The position numbers and the translations under genes are program-made. The notes under the pieces are model-generated. The model was not told the origin of the DNA and did not search any database. It saw only the letters and a program-made list of their open reading frames with translations. Below, one piece after another: positions 1 to 11,720 of a stretch of DNA of 64,000 nucleotides. The first letter of the stretch is position 1. Each line of letters starts with the position of its first letter. This DNA comes from Macrostomum lignano (taxonomy: Eukaryota), in NCBI GenBank assembly GCA_002269645.1, contig NIVC01002056.1, positions 1 to 64,000 on the forward strand, given 5' to 3'.

Positions 1-1104
1 CAATCTTAAACAACTCTACATCTCCCTTATCTCAACCTACATCTCCCTTATCTCAACCCTACATCTCCCTTATCTCAACCCTACATCTCCTTATATCTCA
101 ACCCTACATCTCCCTTATCTCAATCTTAAACAACTCTACATCTCCCTTATCTCAATCTTAAACAAATCTACATCTCCTTATCTCAACCCTACATCTCCTT
201 ATATCAACCCTACATCTCCCTTATCTCAACCCTACATCTCCCTTATCTCAACCCTACATCTCCCTTATCTCAATCTTAAACAACTCTACATCTCCCTTAT
301 CTCAACCTACATCTCCCTTATCTCAACCCTACATCTCCTTATCTCAACCTACATCTCCCTTATCTCAATCTTAAACAACTCTACATCTCCCTTATCTCAA
401 TCTTAAACAACTCTACATCTCCCTTATCTCAACCCTACATCTCCCTTATCTCACCCTACATCTCCCTTATCTCAACCCTATATCTCCCTTATCTCAACCC
501 TACATCTCCCTTATCTCAACCCTACATCTCCCTTATTCAACCCTACATCTCCCTTATCTCAACCCTACATCTCCCTTATCTCAACCTGCATGTCCCTTAT
601 CTTAACCCTACATCTCCCTTATCTCAACCCTACATCTCCCTTATCTCAACCCTACATCTCCCTTATCTTAACCCTACATCTCCCTTATCTCAACCCTATA
701 TCTCCCTTATCTCAACCCTACATCTCCCTTATCTTAACCCTACATCTCCCTTATCTCAACCCTATATCTCCCTTATCTCAACCCTACATGTCCTTATCTC
801 AAACCTACATCTCCCTTATCTCAACCCTACATGTCCCTTATCTCAACCCTACATCTCCTTATCTTAACCCTACATCTCCCTTATCTTAACCCTACATCTC
901 CCTTATCTTAACCCTACATCTCCTTATCTCAACCTATATCTCCCTTATCTCAACCCTACATGTCCCTTATCTCAAACCTACATCTCCCTTATCTTAACCC
1001 TACATCTCCCTTATCTTAACCCTACATCTCCCTTATCTTAACCCTACATCTCCCTTATCTTAACCCTACATCTCCTTATTTAACCCTACATCTCCTTATC
1101 TTAA
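1..1104. repeat. 22-bp minisatellite (ATCTCAACCCTACATCTCCCTT)n, runs off the left edge; in Pax intron
   Basis: Direct tandem periodicity of ~21-22 bp with a minor variant ATCTCAATCTTAAACAACTCTAC. Confidence 0.95.
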
Positions 1105-1153
1105 CCCCAGAAACCCAACATCTCCCAATCTCCCAATCTCCGTCCAGCCTCAC

Positions 1154-1349
1154 CGCTGCGCTCATCAACCGGCTGATGGCGGCCACGCTGGGTGCCGTCC
1201 GCTCGTCGCACAGCCGCCAGCGACCAGACGAGCCCGAATCTCCCAGGCCGGCAGGCTGGGCTCCCGGGCCCGGATCGCTTGGATTCGCCGATCAACCGGT
1301 TCCGCCACGGCTCGCCGGTTGCCGCCGGTGACGCCGGGTGTCACCGTTC
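1154..1349 (-). CDS. pax3/7: Paired-box gene coding exon 3 (RED subdomain of the paired domain), one frameshift at ~1217-1218
   Basis: AG acceptor before 1349 and GTGAG donor after 1154; reads (G)TVTPGVTGGNRRAVAEPVDRRIQAIRAREPSLPAWEIRARLVA then, after a 1-nt shift, RLCDERTAPSVAAISRLMSAA, matching paired-domain GSIRPGAIGGS...AWEIR..L...G.C....PSVSSI.R. Confidence 0.85.
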
Positions 1350-1544
1350 CTTGCCGTGCGCGGACAAGGTGCATGCACGGCTTTACACATGTTTTTCTTC
1401 AGCTAAAACTTATACGCCTGAGATCTACTCACCTCTCAACAATGTGTCTTCTCTGCTCACTCTTTTCTCATTGTTTTGCATTCTATCCTTCTTGAGATGT
1501 ATACTTCTAGGCCCGCTCTTTACTTCTCATTTCTCTGTTTCGCA

Positions 1545-1795
1545 TGATTGTCTCTTTCCATGGATCTCTCGTCTCTTTCTCATGGATCTCTCGTCTCTTT
1601 CTCATGGATCTCTCGTCTCTTTCTCACGGATCTCTCGTCTCTTTTGCATAGATCGCTTTGTCTCTTTCTCATGAATCTCTCGTCTCTTTCTCATGAATCT
1701 CTTGTCTCTTTTCATGGATCTCTCGTCTCTTTCTCATGGATCTCTCGTCTCTTTTTCATGGATCTTTCGACTCTTTCTCACGGAACTCTCATATC
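1545..1795. repeat. 22-bp minisatellite (CATGGATCTCTCGTCTCTTTCT)n in Pax intron 2
   Basis: Direct tandem periodicity, ~11 degenerate copies. Confidence 0.85.
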
Positions 1796-1866
1796 TTTCT
1801 CAATCTTTTTCTAACTTAAGTAATCCGTCTAAATATAAATTGTATTATATCAAATACTTATTTTCA

Positions 1867-2073
<207 letters not shown>

Positions 2074-2124
2074 TCAGAGAGCATGCGTGAATTTTTTGTT
2101 ATTTATAAATTTGTCAATTGTTTT

Positions 2125-3280
2125 GTCTCTTGGTCTGCATTCCTGTCGTCTCTTGGTTGGCAACCCCTGTCTCTTGGTTGGCAACCCCTGTCTCTTGGTG
2201 GGCGCCCCTGTCTCTTGGTGGGCGCCCCTGTCTCTTGGTGGGCGCCCCTGTCTCTTGGTGGGCGTCCCTGTCTTTTGGTTAGCGCCCCGTCTCTGGTTGG
2301 CGCCCCTGTCTCTGGTTGGCGCCCCTGTCTCTGGTTGGCGCCCCTGTCTCTGGTTGTCGCCTCTGTCTCTGGTTGGCGCCCCTGTCTCTGGTTGGCGCCC
2401 CTGTCTCTGGTTGGCGCCCTTGGTGGGCGCTCCTGTCTCTGGTTGGCGCCCCTGTCTCTGGTTGGCGCCCTTGGTGGGCGCCCCTGTCTCTGGTTGGCGC
2501 CCCTGTCTCTGGTTGGCGCCCCTGTCTCTGGTTGGCGCCCCTTGGTGGGCGCTCCTGTCTCTGGTTGGCGCCCTGTCTCTGGTTGGCGCCCCCTGTCGCT
2601 TGGTGGGCGCTCCTGTCTCTTGGTGGTCACCCCTGTCTCTTGGGGCGTCCCTTGGTGGGCGCCCCTGTCTTTTGGTTGGCGCCCCTTGGTGGGCGCCCCT
2701 GTCTCTGGTTGGCGCCCCCTGTCGCTTGGTGGGCGCTCCTGTCTCTTGGTGGGCGTCCCTGTCTTTTGGTTAGCGCCCCGTCTCTGGTTGGCGCCCCTGT
2801 CTCTGGTTGGCGCCCCCTGTCTCTGGTTGGCGCCCCTGTCTCTGGTTGTCGCCCCTGTCTCTGGTTGTCGCCCCTGTCTCTGGTTGGCGCCCTGTCTCTG
2901 GTTGGCGCCCCTTGGTGGGCGCCCCTGTCTCTTGGTTGGCGCCCCTGTCGCTTGGCGGGCGCTCCTGTCTATTGATGGTCACCCCTGTCTCTTGGTGGGC
3001 TCCCTTGGTGGCGCCCCTGTCTTTTGGTTGGCGCCCCTTGGTGGGCGCCCCTGTCTCTGGTTGGCGCCCCCTGTCGCTTGGTGGGCGCTCCTGTCTCTTG
3101 GTGGGGTCACCCCTGTCTCTTGGTGGGCGTCCCTTGGTGGGCGCCCCTGTCTTTTGGTTGGCGCCCCTTGGTGGGCGCCCCTGTCTCTTGGTGGGCGTCC
3201 CTGTCTTTTGGTTGGCGCCACTGTCTCTTGGTTGGCGCCTCTGTCTCTTGGTGGTCTCCCCTTGGTGGGCGCCCCCACCC
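2125..3280. repeat. GC-rich ~19-21-bp minisatellite (GGCGCCCCTGTCTCTGGTT / CTTGGTGGGC variants) in Pax intron 1
   Basis: Direct tandem periodicity; source of the spurious ORFs at 1997-3372. Confidence 0.95.
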
Positions 3281-4149
3281 CTGTCTTAGGCCGCTGGAGG
3301 TTAACGTCCAACAGGTGGCAAAAATCGAACTTCTGTCATTCGCCGAGCTCTTTCATTTATAATTCGTTGTAGCGCAATTTTGTGGGGCCTTAGCCGCCTT
3401 ATTTAGATTCATCTAACAGCTTAAAATCATTGCTTTCGTGCAGCAGGCGACTTAGGCTTACGCCTGTTTGTTGCTACACCGATAGCATACGTGGTTTAAA
3501 GGCATCTTGGTATTGGTATAATAGCTAAACTGCTATAATTAACTTCATCAGTTCTAAATGATAAATAACTGACCAGGTGTATTAAAGGAGCTCAAAAACA
3601 AAAGCTTTGTTATTCTATACCTGGAATCACTGTATTGGCACTCCAACTATCTACTATCTAACATCGCTTGCTCACACTTGCCTGCTCACTGGCGCGGAAG
3701 CTGAAATTATCCTCAAACAGAAATGATTTCAAAGTTGAAATATCCTCTTATATAATTGGCCTCGGGGTGTATATGGGAAGGTGTATGGCACCATGCACCA
3801 GCCCGCATGCAAAAACTTGGCTAGACAGAGCATTCAAGCGAAGTGCAAAGGCTCCAATATAAGCCTATAATGCATATATATGCCAAGGGCGAAGATTAAA
3901 CGGAATCATTGTTAAGCCTATACACTACAGCTCCATTGTAAATGACTTTGCCGAAATCTGGGAGACAAAAGTCAACGATGCGCGCGCGTCAAGGAGATTT
4001 TTGCTCTGCGAATAACTTTAAAAAATTCGCGTCGAAAACCTTTTTTTATCTTCCAGGCAATGGAATCCCTGGTTAGCCGGGAAATAACCCAGGTGAGGTG
4101 AAAAAATCCAAGATAGAATCCCTGGCAACTGTAAAATAACCAAGATGGA

Positions 4150-5160
4150 ACCCCTGTCACCCATATCTATCTACAGAAACCCCTATTGTCACCCATATCT
4201 ATCTACAGACAGAAACCCCTATTGTCACCCATATCTATCTACAGAAACCCCTATTGTCACCCATATCTATCTATAGAAACCCCTGTCACCCATACCAATC
4301 TATAAGAACCCCTGTTGTCACCCACATCTATCTATAGGAACCCCTGTCACCCACATCTATCTATAGGAACCCCTGTCACCCATATCTATCTACAGAAACC
4401 CCTATTGTCACCCATATCTATCTATAGAAACCCCTGTCACCCATACCAATCTATAAGAACCCTGTTGTCACCCACATCTATCTATAGGAACCCCTGTCAC
4501 CCATATCTATAGGAACCCATGTCACCCATATCTATCTATAGGAACCCCTGTCACCCACATCTATCTATAGGAACCCCTGTCACCCATATCTATCTACAGA
4601 AACCCCTATTGTCACCCATATCTATCTATAGAAACCCCTGTCACCCATACCAATCTGTAAGAACCCCTGTTGTCACCCACATCTATCTATAGGAACCCCT
4701 GTCACCCATATCTATCTATAGGAACCCCTGTCACCCATATAGGAACCCCTGTCACCCATATCTATAGGAACCCCTGTCACCCATATCTATAAGAACCCCT
4801 GTCACCCATATCTAGCTATAGGAACCCCTGTCACCCATATCTATTTATAGGAACCCCCTGTCACCCACATCTATCTATAGGAACCCCTGTCACCCATATC
4901 TATAAGAACCCTGTCACCCATATCTATAAGAACCCCTGTCACCCATATCTATAGGAACCCCTGTCACCCATATCTATAAGAACCCCTGTCACCCATATCT
5001 ATAGGAACCCCTGTCACCCATATCTATAAGAACCCCTGTCACCCATATCTATAAGAACCCCTGTCACCCATATCTATAGGAACCCCTGTCACCCATATCT
5101 ATAAGAACCCCTGTCACCCATATCTAGCTATAGGAACCCCTGTCACCCATATCTATTTCC
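4150..5160. repeat. ~24-28-bp minisatellite (ACCCCTGTCACCCATATCTAT[CTAT]AGGA)n in Pax intron 1
   Basis: Direct tandem periodicity; unit length varies with CTAT copy number. Confidence 0.95.
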
Positions 5161-5247
5161 ATATCTATTGGAAAAAACCTAGGTAATCCTTGTAAGGGTC
5201 CCTGTCGGTGACCTCTATATATATCACTTAAACTAATAGTAACTTAC

Positions 5248-5359
5248 CGTCAAACATCATTGTCGGAAGCTGCGAGCGCCTTGCTGGCTGCTGCGGCTGA
5301 GGCAGCGGTGGTGGCGGTGGCGGTGGCGCTTGAGGGTGTGACAGGAAATTGTCCATCAT
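5248..5359 (-). CDS. pax3/7: Paired-box gene first coding exon (Pro/Gln-rich leader)
   Basis: ATG at 5359; MMDNFLSHPQAPPPPPPPLPQPQQPARRSQLPTMMFD+G, then a perfect GTAAGT donor in phase 1 that joins exon 2 to give [12 protein letters not shown]. Confidence 0.8.
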
Positions 5360-5524
5360 TTTCCTCTCCAACCGAAAAAAACTTCCACTGATTAAAAGCG
5401 GCAAGCCTCAGTGCCGATGAGGGTTGGTCAACAGCTTGGCAATAAATAACTGCAGATTCCCAGTTATAAATTGCCTTCCATTTGTCTTAAACACCAGAGT
5501 GGAAGGGGAGCAGGGCAGCGCTGT

Positions 5525-5570
5525 GAGCCAGCCAATGAAAAGTTGAGCAGATAAATGTGGCGGAACCAAT
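5525..5570. promoter_or_regulatory. Two CCAAT boxes upstream of the Pax start codon
   Basis: AGCCAATG (CCAAT at 5532-5536) and AACCAATC (CCAAT at 5566-5570), ~170-210 bp upstream of ATG 5359. Confidence 0.45.
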
Positions 5571-5942
5571 CAGACCGGACTTGAATCAGCGCTTGAATCA
5601 TTTGTAAATAGTGAGGGGGGGCATTCTTATCGCAATTCCCTTAATCTATGAAAGCCTGTCTGTCTCAGTGACTGTCGACTCGGAGGAACTGGAGTCGATT
5701 TCTCTTTGGGTATGGATCATTAGTTTCTCTTATTAGGGAGTCTTATCGCCTAGTAACTGTTACTGCTACATGCTTCACTGCCTCTCGCTTGTTCCAATCT
5801 GCTTGATTTATTTGCAGGAACAGCTAGTGGGTGGCAGGGAGATGGATTGGGTGCGGAAGCGAACTGAGAGACCAGCCCATCGAATTCAGCTTGTTTTTAA
5901 CGGTCAAGACAGATGCTGAAGCTGAGAAATTGGATAATTAAA

Positions 5943-6495
<553 letters not shown>

Positions 6496-7359
6496 TAGCT
6501 GCATGCTGAGTATAGTTCACATCCATAAACCTCACTAATCAGCCAAAATGCAAGATACAAGAGAATAAAAAGACAAAGTGAAAATATTGATGCTGGGTCT
6601 TAGCAGATCATGACGTCCCGAAATTCGATTCAGCCAGCCTCCCCTCCTCCTACATCCCCTCAGCCGTCGCTCGTGCTAATTCGCAAAACCAGAGCAGCCT
6701 GGCGGGGGAGAGTAAAAATTCCTCACTATTAAAATTTGAAAATTTAAAACAGCCCCCCCCCCCTGCAGAGTCAGCCAGAGACTGCAGAATCCAAATGTAT
6801 CCAAATTCCATGGCGTTATGAGCTGGGAGAGCAACAAGTTTTTTTTCTGCAAACCGCCGCCAGGGGCTTTGCGTTTAGAGATGCGCAAGGGCGGCGGCGG
6901 TGGGTTTGGAGGAAATTTCGTATTTTTGATGAGGCTGACAGGTGGCGCTGCTCTTGGAGCGAGGAAAAAGTGACAGTTGCGCAGATTGGCAGCGGCGGCG
7001 ACAGCCTCTGGCGCGGGTGTTGGGCAGACCCAGTTAGCAGATAAAATTTCCTATTACATTATATAGGCCTATTAGGCCACTTAGACGGCCCGTTAAACCC
7101 GGGCCGTTAGCTTGCTGCAGGAGAAAGGTGCTCGCAACTGGAACATTATTCTGAAGGAATTTTAGGCCTATGCAGACTGATCCCCTTGAAGGACAACGGG
7201 CAATATAGAGAGCGGTATTGAGCTTGCCGCAGCTTAAAGATAGCTCAGACATGCCACTGCAGTCATGATGCATGCAGTTCATCTCTGATGATGGAGAAAT
7301 CTGGCGCGATATTTTGAACAGAATTTTTGAAAGTTTGAAGTTTACGGAGGGTCTTTCAG

Positions 7360-10300
7360 AGTGGATTTACAGAGTGCTATTTTGGATTTACAGAACGCCA
7401 TTTTGGATTTACAGAACGCCATTTTGGATTTACAGAGTGCCATTTTGGATTTACAGAATGCCATTTTGGATTTACAGAACGCCATTTTGGATTTACAGAG
7501 TGCCATTTTGGATTTACAGAGTGCCATTTTGGATTTACAGAGTGCCATATTGGATTTACAGAGTGCCATTTTGGATTTACAGAGTGCCATTTTGGATTTA
7601 CAGAGTGCCATTTTGGATTTACAGAGTGCCATTTTGGATTTTCAGAGTGCCATATTGGATTTACAGAGTGCCATTTTGGATTTACAGAGTGCCATTTTGT
7701 ATTTACAGAGTGCCATTTTGGATTTACAGAGTGCTATTTTGGATTTACACAACGCCATTTTGGATTTACAGAGTGCCATTTCGGATTTACAGAGCGCCAT
7801 TTTGGATTTACAGAGTGCCCTTTTGGATTTTCAGAGTGCCCTTTTGGATTTACAGAGTGCCCTTTTGGATTTTCAGAGTGCCATTTTGGATTTACAGAGT
7901 GTCTTTTGGATTTTCAGAGTGCCATTTTGGATTTACAGAGTGCCCTTTTGGATTTTCAGAGTGCCATTTTGGATTTACAGAGTGCCATTTTGGATTTACA
8001 GAGTGCCATTTTGGATTTTCAGAGTGCCATTTTGGATTTACAGAGTGCCATATTGAATTTACAGAGTGCCATTTTGGATTTCAGAGTGCCATTTTGGATT
8101 TACAGAACGCCATTTTGGATTTACAGAGTGCCATTTTGGATTTACAGAGTGCCATTTTGGATTTACAGAGTGCCATATTGAATTTACAGAGTGCCATTTT
8201 GGATTTACAGAGTGCCATTTTGATTGAATTTACAGAGTGCCATTTTGATTGGATTTACAGAGTGCCATTTTGATTGGATTTACAGAGTGCCATTTTGGAT
8301 TTACAGAGTGCCATTTTGATTGGATTTACAGAGTGCCATTTTGGATTTACAGAGTGCCATTTTGGATTTACAGAGTGCCATTTTGGATTTACAGAGTGCC
8401 ATTTTGGATTTACAGAGTGCCATTTTGATTTACAGAGTGCCATTTTGGATTTACAGAGTGCCATTTTGGATTTACAGAGTGCCATTTTGGATTTACAGAG
8501 TGCCATTTTGGATTTACAGAGCGCCATTTTGGATTTACAGAGTGCCATTTTGGATTTACAGAGTGCCATTTTGGATTTACAGAGTGCCATTTTGGATTTA
8601 CAGAGTGCCATTTTGGATTTACAGAGTGCCATTTTGGATTTACAGAATGCCATATTGGATTTACAGAGTGCCATTTTGGATTTACAGAGTGCCATTTTGG
8701 ATTTCAGAGTGCCATTTTGGATTTACAGAGTGCCTTTTTGGATTTACAGAACGCCATTTTGGATTTACAGAGTGCCATTTTGGATTTACAGAGTGCTATT
8801 TTGGATTTACAGAACGCCATTTTGGATTTACAGAACGCCATTTTGGATTTACAGAGTGCTATTTTGGATTTACAGAGCGCCATTTTGGATTTACAGAGTG
8901 CCCTTTTGGATTTTCAGAGTGCTTTTGGATTTACAGAGTGCCCTTTTGGATTTTCAGAGTGCCATTTTGGATTTACAGAGTGCCCTTTTGGATTTTCAGA
9001 GTGCCATTTTGGATTTACAGAGTGCCCTTTTGGATTTTCAGAGTGCCATTTTGGATTTACAGAGTGCCCTTTTGGATTTTCAGAGTGCCATTTTGGATTT
9101 ACAGAGTGCCATTTTGGATTTACAGAGTGCCATTTTGGATTTACAGAGTGCCATTTTGGATTTACAGAGTGCCATATTGATTTACAGAGTGCCATTTTGG
9201 ATTTCAGAGTGCCATTTTGGATTTACAGAGTGCCATTTTGGATTTACAGAGTGCCATTTTGGATTTACAGAGTGCCATTTTGGATTTACAGAGTGCCATA
9301 TTGAATTTACAGAGTGCCATTTTGGATTTACAGAGTGCCATTTTGGATTTACAGAGTGCCATTTTGGATTTACAGAGTGCCATTTTGATTGATTTACAGA
9401 GTGCCATTTTGGATTTACAGAGTGCCATTTTGGATTTACAGAGTGCCATTTTGGATTTACAGAGTGCCATATTGAATTTACAGAGTGCCATTTTGGATTT
9501 ACAGAGTGCCATTTTGGATTTACAGAGCCATTTTGGATTTACAGAGTGCCATTTTGGATTTACAGAGTGCCATTTTGGATTTACAGAGTGCCATATTGAA
9601 TTTACAGAGTGCCATTTTGGATTTACAGAGTGCCATTTTGATTGATTTACAGAGTGCCATTTTGGATTTACAGAGTGCCATTTTGGATTTACAGAGTGCC
9701 ATTTTGGATTTACAGAGTGCCATTTTGATTGGATTTACAGAGTGCCATTTTGGATTTACAGAGTGCCATTTTGGATTTACAGAGTGCCATATTGGATTTA
9801 CAGAGTGCCATTTTGGATTTACAGAGTGCCATTTTGGATTTACAGAGTGCCATTTTGGATTTTCAGAGTGCCATTTTGGATTTACAGAGTGCCATTTTGG
9901 ATTTACAGAGTGCCATTTTGGATTTACAGAGTGCCATTTTGGATTTACAGAGTGCCATTTTGGATTTACAGAGTGCCATTTTGGATTTACAGAGTGCCAT
10001 ATTTGGATTTACAGAGTGCCATTTTGGATTTCAGAGTGCCATTTTGGATTTACAGAGTGCCATTTTGGATTTACAGAGTGCCATTTTGGATTTACAGAGT
10101 GCCATTTGGATTTACAGAGTGCCATTTTGGATTTACAGAGTGCCATTTTGGATTTACAGAGTGCCATTTGATTTACAGAGTGCCATTTTGGATTTACAGA
10201 GTGCCATTTTGATTGGATTTACAGAGTGCCATTTTGATTGGATTTACAGAGTGCCATTTTGATTGGATTTACAGAGTGCCATTTTGGATTTACAGAGTGC

Positions 10301-10640
10301 CATTTTGGATTTAAAGAGTGCCATTTTGGATTTACAGAGTGCCATTTTGATTGGATTTACAGAGCGCCATTTTGGATTTAAAGAGTGTCATTTTGGATTT
10401 ACAGAGCGCCATTTTGGATTTACAGAGTGCCATATTGGATTTACAGAGTGCCATATTGAATTTACAGAGTGCCATTTTGGATTTACAGAGTGCCATTTTG
10501 ATTGAATTTACAGAGTGCCATTTTGATTGGATTTACAGAGTGCCATTTTGATTGGATTTACAGAGTGCCATTTTGGATTTACAGAGTGCCATTTTGATTG
10601 GATTTACAGAGTGCCATTCTGGATTTACAGAGTGCCATAT
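7360..10640. repeat. 21-bp satellite (GGATTTACAGAGTGCCATTTT)n, ~155 copies
   Basis: Direct tandem periodicity over ~3.3 kb; source of the DLQSAIL/WIYRVPF pseudo-ORFs. Confidence 0.99.
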
Positions 10641-11079
10641 TAATGGGATTTACTGAGCGTCACTTTGGAACTCTAGTATTCTTATTTTTTGCATATTAAT
10701 ACTGCAAAAAAGATGCCAAATTTATTAGCAAGTCTTTACTACTCAGATCAGTAGTTTATAAGGAAAATTTAAAAGTTTCTCGGTATAAAAATGAAGCTGA
10801 AACTAATTGAAGCACAAGAACAGAAGCAGATTTTATCAAAAAGCTGTAAAAATCAAATGCAGCAGGAAAGCAGTTGGACCACCTTCCAGCTCAAAAAATT
10901 CTTTGCATATTTTTATATTTTGAATAAACTATCGAAAGAAAACCATTAACAAAAAGGTGATAAAGCAAAAAAGAAACGTTTCTATAACAACTAGAAATAT
11001 TGGGGAGGCAAGCTTAGGGTGAGACTTTGACATGCGATTGCAGAACGCGACTCTTATTAAATGATATTATCAAATCTGC

Positions 11080-11600
11080 CTGAATAGTATGACTCTAATA
11101 GGGTGAGATTATCAAATTCGATTGAATAGAATGATTCTCATAGGGTGAGATTATCAAATCCGATTCGATGGATTGATTCTAATAGGGTGAGATCACCAAA
11201 TCCGATTCGATAGATTGATCCTAATAGGGTGAGAATATCAGATCCGATTCGATGGATTGATTCTCATAGAGTGAGATTATCAAATCTAATTCGATTGATT
11301 GATTCTCATAGGGTGAGATTATCAAATATGATTCGATGGATAGATTCTCATAGAGTGAGATTATCAAATCTAATTCGATTGATTGATTCTCATAGGGTGA
11401 AATTATCAAATCCGATTCGATGAATTGATTCTAATAGGGTGAGATTATCAAATCCGATTGAATAGAACAAATTTCATAGGGTAAGATTATCAAATCCGAT
11501 TCGATGGATTGATTCTCATAGGGTGAGATTTTCAAATCCGATTGAATAGAATGATTCTCTTAGGGTGAGATTCTCCCAAAAATTGAATGGTCGATTCTCA
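11080..11600. repeat. 42-bp minisatellite (CTCATAGGGTGAGATTATCAAATCCGATTCGATGGATTGATT)n, ~12 copies
   Basis: GGGTGAGA recurs at 11101, 11143, 11185, 11227; lies just downstream of the TEX11-like stop codon (possible 3'UTR). Confidence 0.9.
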
Positions 11601-11720
11601 TAGATGAGACTCTAATTGGAAACTGTTCTTCGGTTAAACCAATTAATTCTCAGGGGTCAAGAAAACGCAAAAAAATTCAAGACGAACTAAAGTCAGAACA
11701 GTAACCAGAACAAAAAACTC

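Noticed and set aside
1-1104. Telomere-like AACCCT motif in the first array, and CCCTAA-like words at ~47690-47710
   Set aside because: No tandem (CCCTAA)n run; the motif is only part of a 22-bp unit or a two-copy fragment
7360-10640. Regularly spaced direct repeats resembling a CRISPR array (also 41340-41945, 33190-33620)
   Set aside because: Units are head-to-tail with no unique spacers, there are no cas genes, and the context is eukaryotic
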